Assembly: GCA_045541535.1 (NCBI GenBank) | Contig: JAZQJG010000095.1 | Span: forward strand, 6,701-70,700 | Reading direction: 5' to 3' | Source: Eubacteriales bacterium | Lineage (GTDB): Bacteria; Bacillota; Clostridia; Oscillospirales; QAKW01 | Length of the DNA: 64,000 nt | Position numbers and translations under genes: made by a program | The notes under the pieces: generated by a model | The model's input: the letters and a program-made list of their open reading frames with translations, nothing else | Database searches by the model: none | Told to the model about the DNA's origin: nothing | Part shown: one piece after another, positions 26,221 to 35,383 of the stretch | How positions within the stretch are numbered: the stretch's first letter is position 1 | How the letters are laid out: every line of letters starts with the position of its first letter

Positions 26221-26945
26221 TTTCCGGCCAGCTTTTGCGCCAGAGCCAGTCGTTTTGCAATGGCGGTGGCATCGGGACGGTAGGCCAGTTCTTTGTTGGC
26301 ATAATCGTAGTTTTGCAGCACGGTAAGCATTTCATCAAAGTGCGCCTGCCGTTTGCTTTCGTCCACGGGATTTTCCTTGTGGTATTCGTCATAGGCCTCG
26401 GCAAAGGCATCGGGGGAGAGGGCAGGATGGAAGTCGGGCAGGGCGGCGGATTTGCGCACCAGCACCATATCCTCGTGAATCCGCAGATAGGTGGATTCCA
26501 AGGGATTGAGCAGATAGATCTCGCCGCTTTCGTGCACCCAAGGCTCCAGCCGCAGGATATATTGATTGCCCGCCTTCAGCACCTCCCGATTGGGAAAGTT
26601 TTCGGCGCCGCCCAACAAATAAACGGTGATCTCGCCGGAGATCCTTTGGGTATAATCCCGATCCACCTTGGCGGTGATCTTGGTGTACCAAGTGTCGGTG
26701 ACCTCGTATTTTTCAATCAATTCCGTCACTTCTTCCACCGAGGTAACGGTGACGGCGGTCAACAGATGGCCGCGGGTGTCGGTCAGGCGAAAGAGATTGG
26801 TAAAATCATCGTCTGCCTTTTGGGTGGAGAGCTGCAGGGATTCGGGCTCCTCTACATCCTTTGCTACCCAAAAATGATGCCCTAACAACAGTCCTGCGCC
26901 CAACAGGATCAGCAGTATAACGGGGAGAATATAGCGTTTGATCAT
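26217..26945 (-). CDS. Hypothetical membrane-anchored extracellular protein
   Basis: N-terminal TM helix. Start overlaps the upstream stop. Confidence 0.7.
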   Translation of the reverse strand: MIKRYILPVILLILLGAGLLLGHHFWVAKDVEEPESLQLSTQKADDDFTNLFRLTDTRGHLLTAVTVTSVEEVTELIEKYEVTDTWYTKITAKVDRDYTQRISGEITVYLLGGAENFPNREVLKAGNQYILRLEPWVHESGEIYLLNPLESTYLRIHEDMVLVRKSAALPDFHPALSPDAFAEAYDEYHKENPVDESKRQAHFDEMLTVLQNYDYANKELAYRPDATAIAKRLALAQKLAGK

Positions 26946-28447
26946 TTGGTCTCCTCCTGTTTGTCGGGGGCGTACAGCTTGTCCATCTGCTCAAAAAAGC
27001 GGATCTGGCGGCTGTAAAAGCTCTGCTTTTCAAAATACATTTGATAGGCGGGTGTGCTGAATTTGTGATGGTAGTTTTCTTCAATCTTGCCGGCTTCCAC
27101 GGTGGGGATGGCGTTTTGGGCGCCCAGATCAAAGGAAACGGGGCTGTCCAGAAAACCGTGATAGAAGATGGCGGTGTCGTATTGCGTTTCCAAGGCCTGA
27201 TCGGTGATACGTCCGATCTCCAGTTCCTGCTCGTAGTCCATGGTGAGGTACAGGCGGATAAAGCGGGGCGCCCAGCTATCCGACAGATCCTGCAGGGTAA
27301 CGCTTACGTCGCAGATGTCAAACACACACATTCCCTCGGGCAGTTCCATACGGAAGGTGGAGGCCGAGGACATTTCAAAGTCGTCCTTGCCGGGGGTGTC
27401 CAGCAAATATTCCTTGGTATATCCGCCGTCCTTGAGCACACCGTTGAAGGTGAGGGTGACGGACAGTACGCCGTTGTAGTTCAGATCTTCCTCTTCGGGT
27501 AGGGCGCTGTTTTCTCCCAGCGCCGCCTTCATCTGGGCGTTTCTCTCCGCCGAAACCGTTTCCACGTCCATATACAATGCGCCGGCGTTGGACATACCCA
27601 GCGTTTCCAGGGTGTCCTGCTTGAGCGTACCGTTGGCAAAATCCTCCAGCCCGTGCTCCGCCAGACGAAGGAGCTTGGCAAAGAGCAGACTCATTTGGTT
27701 GTAGGTGGTGTTGTTCAAGCGGGCGTCCTTCAGATCGGCGGCACGAACGGCTTCACCACCACTGCCAAAGCGCTTGGGCTCGGTCCAGTTGCTCTGGGCG
27801 ATCAAAATCCGCTCGCCGCCCAGCATAAAGGATACGGTGGCGCGGGGACACAGCCAATCGTCATAACTGCCGTCGGCCCCGGGGGTCAACACCAGAGAGG
27901 TGGCGGTGATATCAAAGGGGGTATAGCCGAAGGGTAGGGTGATGAAAAAGTTGCTTTCACTGCCGGCGGCAAAGCAATTGCGCCGCCAGTTGCGCTGGAG
28001 CGGCATTTCCACACTGCTGCCGTCGGTGAAGGACAATTTCAGATTGATGCCTCCGTCCTCCAGTGCGACGGTGGGATCCTTCAAATTGTCCACGGCGGCG
28101 GTGCTCACCGTGACGCAAAGGTGGTTGGAGGAGCCGATGGCGTGCAGGGTGCGGAAATAGGGAACGGAGGTGTCATAATCCTCGCCGTAGGTCAGGCGCT
28201 CCAGGATCATTCCCTCGGTATTCTTGTGCAGGGTCAGAAAATATCCGCCCAACAGACAACCGATGCACACCACGCCGACAATCAGGGCGATATAGGTGTT
28301 TTTGGCGTATTGGCCCATCACGGCCTGACGGAAGGAGGGACTGCGGAAAAACCGACGGACCTTGCGTAGTGTCAGCCGATAATTGACCCGCAACCATTGG
28401 CCGAAACGGCCGTGACGAATATTCTTTTTGAGTTTTTTAAATGCCAT
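26942..28447 (-). CDS. Membrane-anchored protein with two PLAT/LH2-like beta domains
   Basis: Basic N-terminus and a TM helix. Repeats NCFAAGSESNF...DDW and DTPGKDDFEMSSASTF...DSW. Confidence 0.55.
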   Translation of the reverse strand: MAFKKLKKNIRHGRFGQWLRVNYRLTLRKVRRFFRSPSFRQAVMGQYAKNTYIALIVGVVCIGCLLGGYFLTLHKNTEGMILERLTYGEDYDTSVPYFRTLHAIGSSNHLCVTVSTAAVDNLKDPTVALEDGGINLKLSFTDGSSVEMPLQRNWRRNCFAAGSESNFFITLPFGYTPFDITATSLVLTPGADGSYDDWLCPRATVSFMLGGERILIAQSNWTEPKRFGSGGEAVRAADLKDARLNNTTYNQMSLLFAKLLRLAEHGLEDFANGTLKQDTLETLGMSNAGALYMDVETVSAERNAQMKAALGENSALPEEEDLNYNGVLSVTLTFNGVLKDGGYTKEYLLDTPGKDDFEMSSASTFRMELPEGMCVFDICDVSVTLQDLSDSWAPRFIRLYLTMDYEQELEIGRITDQALETQYDTAIFYHGFLDSPVSFDLGAQNAIPTVEAGKIEENYHHKFSTPAYQMYFEKQSFYSRQIRFFEQMDKLYAPDKQEETK

Positions 28448-28526
28448 AACGGTTTACTCCTAAAGAAAAACCCACGCCACTTTGGGTAAGCGGGCGTGGG
28501 TTATGTTTATATATATGGAAGGGACT

Positions 28527-30017
28527 TTATTGAGCGGTGGAAGTGTTGGCGGAGGCGTCACTGGCGGGAACCTCTTCCTGCTTGACTTCCTCTTTGTAGG
28601 TGGCATACTTCTCAACAACGGTGTTGATACCGGTCTGGAATTCCGTATCCTGACGGTACAGGTCAACCAGAGAGTTTACGTAGTAGCCATAGCTGAGTTC
28701 CACGGAATCATCCGCATAAGCGGCCAACTTCTGACGGTAGTAGTTGATCATCAGCTCGGGGTACTCCAGATACTTGTCAGCACTGGTGCGTACGCCACCG
28801 TTGTCGGTGAACTGCAGGGAGCTCTTGTTACCGTAGAGAGAATCCAGCTTACGGGTGTAGTAGATAACCTCTTTCTTTACGTCCTCCTTCAGGGCGCTTG
28901 CCATGGTGACGTAGGTGGAGGAGTTACGCTTCGCCAGCTTGCTGCCGGTGGAAACGTAGGCGTTGAAGTAAGCGGAATACTGCACATAGGGGTTGTCACT
29001 GTAACGGGTGCAAACCAGATAGGCGATCATATCGGCCTGCCCGTCGTTCTGGAAACCTCTCTGCCTGGCAATACCCTTGGCAACCAGCATGGGAATGCTG
29101 ACCTCGGGGAAGTAGGGGTTGATCAAAACTTCACCGGTCATGGGGGAGTACATACTACCCACGTTCATAGAATTGAAGATGGGGCCGGCCAGCATTTCTT
29201 TGGCGCTGATCTTGGCACCCTTCAAAGCGGGAATGTCCTGCGCAGCCAATTGGAAGGCGTCGCTAACGGCCTCGGCCAGGATGAGGTTGGCGTTACCCTT
29301 GACGTTGTACTGAGAAGCACCGGTCTTGGCAGAGTAGGCGATGATCTGATTGGTTTCGTCCAACTGTGCATTGTAAACGGTGGTGTTCAGCTTGTCAATG
29401 AGATAACCCAGCGTCTCGCTCAACTCGGTCTCTTTAACGAGAGCGTTGGTGTACAACTGGGTACCGTCGTCATAGGCGCTTGCCTTATGGAACGAGGTGC
29501 GGCTACTCACGATGCCGTAGCCGAAGCTGAACAGCATGGTGATGAACAAAACCAGCGCCAGCGTGGAATAACCGAATTGGATCCACATACGGCCGCCCAA
29601 CAGCTTACCGGTTTTATGTACCTGAATGAATCTGACCAATACGAAGATCAGATATCCCAACCAGCCCACGGCGATCAGGATGAGCAACAGTTCAAATACA
29701 GAGAAGGGGAAGATGTTGTTGATGGCTGCCAGCACACTCGTATAGCCTTGATAAAAACCGTTGAGTGCGTTGGGGGCCAGCATACCCACCAGCCACAAAA
29801 TGGCACCGATCAGGCCCAGACCGATCAGGCTGAACTTGATAATGGTGTTGACCAGAGGAGTCAGCAGTAAAAACTTTGCTTTCTCTTTACCGGTCAGTGT
29901 ACCTTCCTCGTACTCACGGATCTCCTGATCCGTAAATTCCATCAATGCAATGTCCTCAGCACTCTGGGGAGCGGCAGTTTCCATTACATTGGAAGTATCT
30001 TTCATCTCTTCGCTCAT
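28527..30017 (-). CDS. DUF3810-like membrane protein (zincin-like, degenerate HExxH)
   Basis: Three TMs, FPFSVFE, YSPMTGEVLIN, and AKGIARQRGF...ADMIAYLVC...YSAY. Confidence 0.75.
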   Translation of the reverse strand: MSEEMKDTSNVMETAAPQSAEDIALMEFTDQEIREYEEGTLTGKEKAKFLLLTPLVNTIIKFSLIGLGLIGAILWLVGMLAPNALNGFYQGYTSVLAAINNIFPFSVFELLLILIAVGWLGYLIFVLVRFIQVHKTGKLLGGRMWIQFGYSTLALVLFITMLFSFGYGIVSSRTSFHKASAYDDGTQLYTNALVKETELSETLGYLIDKLNTTVYNAQLDETNQIIAYSAKTGASQYNVKGNANLILAEAVSDAFQLAAQDIPALKGAKISAKEMLAGPIFNSMNVGSMYSPMTGEVLINPYFPEVSIPMLVAKGIARQRGFQNDGQADMIAYLVCTRYSDNPYVQYSAYFNAYVSTGSKLAKRNSSTYVTMASALKEDVKKEVIYYTRKLDSLYGNKSSLQFTDNGGVRTSADKYLEYPELMINYYRQKLAAYADDSVELSYGYYVNSLVDLYRQDTEFQTGINTVVEKYATYKEEVKQEEVPASDASANTSTAQ

Positions 30018-30115
30018 GTGAAAGTCCTCCTTATAACCCTTAATAACAATATTCTATACTATTTTGGGCAAAAGTGCAAGTATAATTTATTATTTTATAT
30101 AAAAAATATATTAAA

Positions 30116-30961
30116 TTATTCTTCAACCTCATAAAGAACGCCCAAAGTGCCGGGTCCGCAGTGAGAATTGATGGTGCAACCGGCCTCGGTTTCATATACG
30201 TTTTCAAAAATACCCAGCGCCTTGACTTTCTCCAGCACGGCGTCGATGACCTCCCGGTCACATTTGGTATGGGTGACGAAAACGTTGCGGGGATGGATGC
30301 AGGGTACCGACAGCTTGTCGTCGGCGTAGTCCTTGATCACCTTGGACATCTTGCCACGGTATTTGGCGCCCACACCCATTTTGCCGTCCTTGACCTCAAT
30401 GCAGGGGTGGAGCTTGAGCATATTGGCGCCCAGCGCCGCCAAGGCAGAGCATCTGCCGCCCATACGCAGATAGTCCAGAGTATCCACTACAAAGCTGGCG
30501 CGGACCAAGGGAATGCGGCGGTTGATCTCAGCCACGATCTCCTCGACGGTCTTGCCGGCTTCACGCAACTCGTGAGCGTCCAGAATCAGCAGACCGATGC
30601 CGGTGGACAGATTGCGGGAATCAATCACGTGGATATGCTCACCCACCTCGCCGGCGGCGATGACGGCATTTTGCAGGGAAGAGGACATATCCGAGCTGAT
30701 GACGAAGTGGATCACTTCGCCCTCCTGACCCAGCTTTGTAAAGAATTCGGTATAATCGGCGATGGAGCGGGCAGCGGTCTTGGGCAGTTTTTTCTGCTCG
30801 GCCACGAAGCGGTAAATATCCTCGGGCACGATGTCCACACCGTCCTGAAAATAATCGTCACCCAAGCCCACCAGCAGGGGCATAATGGACAGATCCATCT
30901 TTTCAATAAGATCCTTGGACAGATCACAAACGCTGTCGGCGGAAATGATGATTTTACTCAT
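30116..30961 (-). CDS. DegV family fatty-acid-binding protein
   Basis: ADSVCDL, PKTAA, ISSDMSSS, IDSRNLS, LDYLRMGGR and SHCGPGTLG. Confidence 0.93.
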   Translation of the reverse strand: MSKIIISADSVCDLSKDLIEKMDLSIMPLLVGLGDDYFQDGVDIVPEDIYRFVAEQKKLPKTAARSIADYTEFFTKLGQEGEVIHFVISSDMSSSLQNAVIAAGEVGEHIHVIDSRNLSTGIGLLILDAHELREAGKTVEEIVAEINRRIPLVRASFVVDTLDYLRMGGRCSALAALGANMLKLHPCIEVKDGKMGVGAKYRGKMSKVIKDYADDKLSVPCIHPRNVFVTHTKCDREVIDAVLEKVKALGIFENVYETEAGCTINSHCGPGTLGVLYEVEE

Positions 30962-31113
30962 AACGGAAAACTCCTTTTTAAAGTTAGATTAAAAACACAT
31001 TAAATATATCATACCCATTTTTGCAGAAAATGTCAATAAAAATTCGGCGGGCAGGGCGGGATATGACATTTTTTTGCCGTCCTTTGGCGTAAGATTGTTA
31101 GGGAGGCGAGAAA

Positions 31114-31989
31114 ATGACGGTCTACGTAGATTTGTTATTTGCGGTCAATCTGATGATCAATACCCTGCTGCTGGCGGCCACGGCGGCGTTGGCGGGGGAA
31201 CGGCTGCGACGATTGCGGCTATTGTCGGCGGCGGCGCTGGGGGCACTGTATTGTGTGCTGATGTTCTTTCCGCAGGCCGATTGGGCCTTTGCACTGGGAA
31301 TGCGGTTGGCCACCGGGGCGGTGATGGTATGGGTCGGCGTGCCCACCCACGGGCTGTGGCGCTATTTACGGGCGTTGCTGTTTTTTTACGTGAGTCTGGT
31401 AACCTTCGGAGGCGGGATGTATTTGTTTTACACCTTCACCGCCGCCGGCGCCCGTATGGTGTATTCCAACGGCATCTATTACATAGATCTGCCTTTGTGG
31501 CTGTTGCTGGCATTGAGTTTTCTCTTTTATGGGATGATCCGTTTGGCCGCCTTCCTGCGGCAAAAACAGCATCCGGTGGAGGGGCTGGTGGAGGTGGAGA
31601 TTGCATTGGACGGCGCCTTTCGCAACGTCCGCGCCCTCATTGATACCGGCAATTCTCTGCAGGACCCCCTCACCTTGGCTCCGGTGATGATCGTGGAGGC
31701 GGCGGCCCTGGAGGGCTGTCTGCCGGAGGAACTTTTGCAGGCGGTAAAGCGGGAGGACAGCGGAGCGCTGGAAGCCTTGAGCCGTCGGCATCGGGAGCTA
31801 AAATGCCGTCTGTTGCCCTATCACGGCATTCAAGGGGGCGGCCGGTTGCTCTTTGCCCTGCGTCCCGATTGGATTCGGCGCCTGCCTGACGGTAAACCGG
31901 TGGAACAGGTGCTCTTGGGCCTGACCGCCGCGCGGCTGGACGGAATGGGGGAATATCGGGCGTTGTTGCCCAATCATATTATTAAATGA
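31114..31989 (+). CDS. spoIIGA: Pro-sigma-E processing aspartic peptidase
   Basis: [10 protein letters not shown], five TMs and [12 protein letters not shown]. Upstream of sigE. Confidence 0.93.
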   Translation: MTVYVDLLFAVNLMINTLLLAATAALAGERLRRLRLLSAAALGALYCVLMFFPQADWAFALGMRLATGAVMVWVGVPTHGLWRYLRALLFFYVSLVTFGGGMYLFYTFTAAGARMVYSNGIYYIDLPLWLLLALSFLFYGMIRLAAFLRQKQHPVEGLVEVEIALDGAFRNVRALIDTGNSLQDPLTLAPVMIVEAAALEGCLPEELLQAVKREDSGALEALSRRHRELKCRLLPYHGIQGGGRLLFALRPDWIRRLPDGKPVEQVLLGLTAARLDGMGEYRALLPNHIIK

Positions 31990-32005
31990 TTTCAGGAGGA
32001 ACAAT

Positions 32006-32695
32006 ATGCTTTTATGGTTGCGACGGTTGCTGGCACGGCTGGTAGGTCAGCTCTATTACGTTAACGGATATATCACTCTGCCGCCACCCTTGGGGGCAGA
32101 GGAGGAAGAGGAATACATACGGCGACTGGCGGCAGGGGAGAGCGAAGCGGGACAAAAGCTCATCGAGCACAATCTGCGGCTGGTGGTCTATATTGCCCGC
32201 CGCTTTGATAACACCGGTCTGCTCACCGAGGATCTGGTCAGCATCGGCAGTATCGGGCTGATCAAGGCCATCCGTACCTTTAAGGCCGATAAGAATATCA
32301 AACTGGCCACCTACGCCTCCCGTTGTATTGAAAACGAGATTTTGATGTATCTGCGCAAGATCAGCAATATTCGTGGGGAGGTGTCCATTGACGAGCCCCT
32401 GAACGTGGATTGGGACGGCAACGAGTTGTTGCTCAGCGACGTGCTGGGCACCGATGCCGACAGCATTTGCCGAGATATTGAAAACGACGAGGAATGTAAG
32501 ATGCTCCGTCGGGCGTTGCAGGCGTTGGAGCCGCGGGAACGGGAAATTATGGAGATGCGCTTCGGTCTGTCCGGCCGACGGGAAATGACCCAAAAGGAGG
32601 TGGCAGACGTATTGGGCATCTCTCAATCCTATATCTCCCGTCTGGAAAAGAAGATCATCGGACGCCTGCGTCGGGAATTGGAGCGAATTTCCTGA
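32006..32695 (+). CDS. sigE: RNA polymerase sporulation sigma-E
   Basis: [55 protein letters not shown] and [11 protein letters not shown]. Confidence 0.96.
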   Translation: MLLWLRRLLARLVGQLYYVNGYITLPPPLGAEEEEEYIRRLAAGESEAGQKLIEHNLRLVVYIARRFDNTGLLTEDLVSIGSIGLIKAIRTFKADKNIKLATYASRCIENEILMYLRKISNIRGEVSIDEPLNVDWDGNELLLSDVLGTDADSICRDIENDEECKMLRRALQALEPREREIMEMRFGLSGRREMTQKEVADVLGISQSYISRLEKKIIGRLRRELERIS

Positions 32696-32699
32696 TGGA

Positions 32700-32746
32700 G
32701 TATGATACCGCCCCTTTTTGCCGATACTATGGGTGAAAGGGGCGGT
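32700..32746 (+). promoter_or_regulatory. Sigma-F/G-like promoter overlapping an RBS-occluding hairpin upstream of sigG
   Basis: GTATG...GATACTA. ACCGCCCCTTT (32707-32717) pairs with AAAGGGGCGGT (32736-32746), which contains the RBS. Confidence 0.6.
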
Positions 32747-32751
32747 TTTTT

Positions 32752-33522
32752 ATGCGAAAAGTGGAAATCAGCGGCATCAACACTGCGGAGCTTCCGGTGC
32801 TGACCGATGAAGAAAAGGAGGCGCTGTTGCATCGCATCAAAGCGGGGGACAAGCGGGCGGAGGAAATTTTTATCCGTGGCAACCTGCGATTGGTGCTCAG
32901 CGTTTTGCAACGGTTTTGGAATCGGGGGGACAACCCCGACGATCTCTTTCAGGTGGGTTGTGTGGGGCTGATCAAGAGCATCCGTAATTTTGATCTGTCT
33001 CTGGGACTGAAGTTTTCAACCTATGCGGTGCCCATGATCCTGGGAGAAATTCGTCGCTATCTGCGGGACAACAATATGGTTCGTGTTTCCCGTTCGGTGC
33101 GGGACGTGGCCTATAAGGCGCTGGCGGTCAAAGAGAGGCTGACCACCGAATTTTCCAGAGAACCCACGGTGGAGGAGATCGCCGCGCGGCTTGGAATTGC
33201 CAGAGAGGAGGTGGCGGCGGCGCTGGATGCCATTGTGGATCCGGTCAGCCTGTTTGATCCGGTCTATTCCGAGGGCTCGGACACTATTTACGTGATGGAT
33301 CAGGTAAAGGATACCAAAAACTGTGACGATAACTGGATGGAAGAAATCCTCATCAAAGAAGCCATCGCCCACCTGCCTGCCAGAGAAAAACAGATCATTG
33401 CCCTGCGCTTTCTGGAGGGGAAAACCCAGATGGAGGTAGCGGGGGAGATCGGCATTTCTCAAGCTCAGGTGTCCCGTCTGGAAAAAGGGGCGCTCCAGCG
33501 GATCAAGAACAATCTGCAATAG
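32752..33522 (+). CDS. sigG: RNA polymerase sporulation sigma-G
   Basis: KVEISGINT, NLRLVLSV, FSTYAVPMI.GEIRRYLRDN and GKTQMEVA.EIGISQAQVSRLEK. Confidence 0.96.
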   Translation: MRKVEISGINTAELPVLTDEEKEALLHRIKAGDKRAEEIFIRGNLRLVLSVLQRFWNRGDNPDDLFQVGCVGLIKSIRNFDLSLGLKFSTYAVPMILGEIRRYLRDNNMVRVSRSVRDVAYKALAVKERLTTEFSREPTVEEIAARLGIAREEVAAALDAIVDPVSLFDPVYSEGSDTIYVMDQVKDTKNCDDNWMEEILIKEAIAHLPAREKQIIALRFLEGKTQMEVAGEIGISQAQVSRLEKGALQRIKNNLQ

Positions 33523-33544
33523 CGCAAAGCCTTGGGGCGCAATA

Positions 33545-33585
33545 AAAAAACGAGTGTAAAACAGTTTTGCTTTACACTCGTTTTT
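33545..33585. terminator. Bidirectional terminator
   Basis: AAAAAACGAGTGTAAA-loop-TTTACACTCGTTTTT. Confidence 0.85.
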
Positions 33586-33605
33586 GCATATATTTAAGCG
33601 AAAGA

Positions 33606-34448
33606 TCAGTTGTCTTTGCGATCTACGGCAATCTTGTAGATTTCGTTTTTCGGTACGCCCCGATCCTTGGCCACCGCTTTGACGGCATCCATATTACTTT
33701 TGCCCATGGCCTTGTAGTGCTCCAGATGTTCTTCCACCGTCCAGCCGTCCCAGAAATTGGCGGTGACCACTTGGGTGGCGCCGTGGAGAATGACCACGTA
33801 TTCGCCCCTCGGAGCCTCGGTTTCATAGTGGGCGATGAGCTCGTCCAGGGTGCCTCGCAGGACCTGCTCGTGGAGCTTGGAGAGTTCCCGGGTCAGGGCG
33901 GCTTGGCGGTCGCCTCCAAAGAATTTCTTAAAATCCGCCAAGGTATTTTTTAACTTTTGCGGAGACTCGTAAAAGATCATGGTACGGGTCTCATTTTGCA
34001 GACTTTCCAGATGTTCGTTGCGGCTTTTCTTGGCGGTGGACAAAAAGCCCTCAAAGCAAAATCTGCCGGTGGGCAAGCCGGAAAGCACCAGCCCGCTGAC
34101 AAAGGCGCAGGGCCCCGCCACCGCCGTGACGGTATAGCCCTCTTCATACAGTAATGCCACCAGATCTTCTCCGGGGTCGGAGATGGCGGGCATTCCCGCA
34201 TCGGTGACCAGCGCCCCGATCTGGCCGGCCCTGATCTTTTGCAAAATTTCCTCGCCGCGCTGGCGTTTGTTGTGCTCAAAGTAACTGATCATCGGCTTTT
34301 TCAGCCCCAGATGATTCAGCAACTTCAGGGTGTTGCGGGTATCCTCGGCGGCAATAAAATCCACCTTTTCCAGGGTCTCTTTTACCCGTGGCGAGATGTC
34401 CGACAGATTGCCGATGGGCGTTCCCACCAGATACAAAACAGGTTCCAT
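33606..34448 (-). CDS. rsmI: 16S rRNA (cytidine1402-2'-O)-methyltransferase
   Basis: LYLVGTPIGNL, AAEDTR, DAGMPAISDPG, FYESP and RELSKLHE. Confidence 0.95.
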   Translation of the reverse strand: MEPVLYLVGTPIGNLSDISPRVKETLEKVDFIAAEDTRNTLKLLNHLGLKKPMISYFEHNKRQRGEEILQKIRAGQIGALVTDAGMPAISDPGEDLVALLYEEGYTVTAVAGPCAFVSGLVLSGLPTGRFCFEGFLSTAKKSRNEHLESLQNETRTMIFYESPQKLKNTLADFKKFFGGDRQAALTRELSKLHEQVLRGTLDELIAHYETEAPRGEYVVILHGATQVVTANFWDGWTVEEHLEHYKAMGKSNMDAVKAVAKDRGVPKNEIYKIAVDRKDN

Positions 34449-34451
34449 TTT

Positions 34452-35165
34452 TTATACCTCGTAAATCTTTTTATATTCTTCGGAAAGACCGCCGTCGGCC
34501 GTTCCAACTGTAAAGTCAATATACTTGCATCCATCGTCTTGGCCGCCCTTTTGCGCTTCCAGTAAAAAGAGCTGACTTTCCTTTCCCGGACGGGAAAATA
34601 TGCGGTGGATGCAGGTGACGTGCAAATCAAATTTCTTAATTTTTTCCAATATTTCTTCTTTGCGGTCGGTGCGGTGCACCATATAAAATTTTCCACCCTG
34701 CCGCAACAGATAAGCGGCGGCAGCCAACACGTCCTCCACCTCGCAGGCCAGCTCGTGCCGGCTGAGGGCCACGCTCTGTTCAGGCGGCAACAAGCCACTG
34801 CCCTTTTTAAAATACGGTGGATTGGCGCATACCGTATCCTGACTTTGGGGCGGCAGATATTCTTCTATATGACAAAGATCGCCGCAGATTACCTGCAACC
34901 GTTGGGCGGCGCCGTTGAGAGCTGCGCTTTTCTCCGCCAGGGCACAGCCCTCCGACTGGATCTCCAGTGCCGTAACCTTTTGCGCCTTGCCGCCGGCCAG
35001 CGCCATCAAGGCCACGGCGCCGTTGCCGCTGCACAGGTCCACCGTATCGCCGCAGGGGCGGGGAAGTATATGATATAAAAGCACCGCATCGGTGCCGAAA
35101 CGGAAGAGTCCGTCTTTTTGCAGTATCTTCCACCCGCCCAACAGCAGCTCGTGGGTCTGTTCCAT
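34452..35165 (-). CDS. tRNA1(Val) A37 N6-methyltransferase-like (YabB/TrmN6 family)
   Basis: FRFGTDAVLL, DLCSGNG, NPPYF and RHE. Upstream of rsmI. Confidence 0.88.
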   Translation of the reverse strand: MEQTHELLLGGWKILQKDGLFRFGTDAVLLYHILPRPCGDTVDLCSGNGAVALMALAGGKAQKVTALEIQSEGCALAEKSAALNGAAQRLQVICGDLCHIEEYLPPQSQDTVCANPPYFKKGSGLLPPEQSVALSRHELACEVEDVLAAAAYLLRQGGKFYMVHRTDRKEEILEKIKKFDLHVTCIHRIFSRPGKESQLFLLEAQKGGQDDGCKYIDFTVGTADGGLSEEYKKIYEV

Positions 35166-35383
35166 CCTCTTCCCGCCCTTCTTCGGTTTCTTTGCAATCT
35201 ATTGTAGCAGAAAAGAAGTGCTTTGTCAAAAAAAGCAATTGGCAAACTGTACAAATTTTCTAAAATTATTTTGGTTATATCTCACAGTAATTCAGTTTTT
35301 TATAAAACGGGGCAATTTTTTGGTTGACGAATTCCCATATTAGTATTATAATAAGTGTATCTGTATACAAGGAGGACTATCAG

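Noticed and set aside
31020-31113. Spo0A boxes upstream of spoIIGA
   Set aside because: Expected biologically, but only degenerate matches (e.g. TGTCAAT) are visible, so they were not called.
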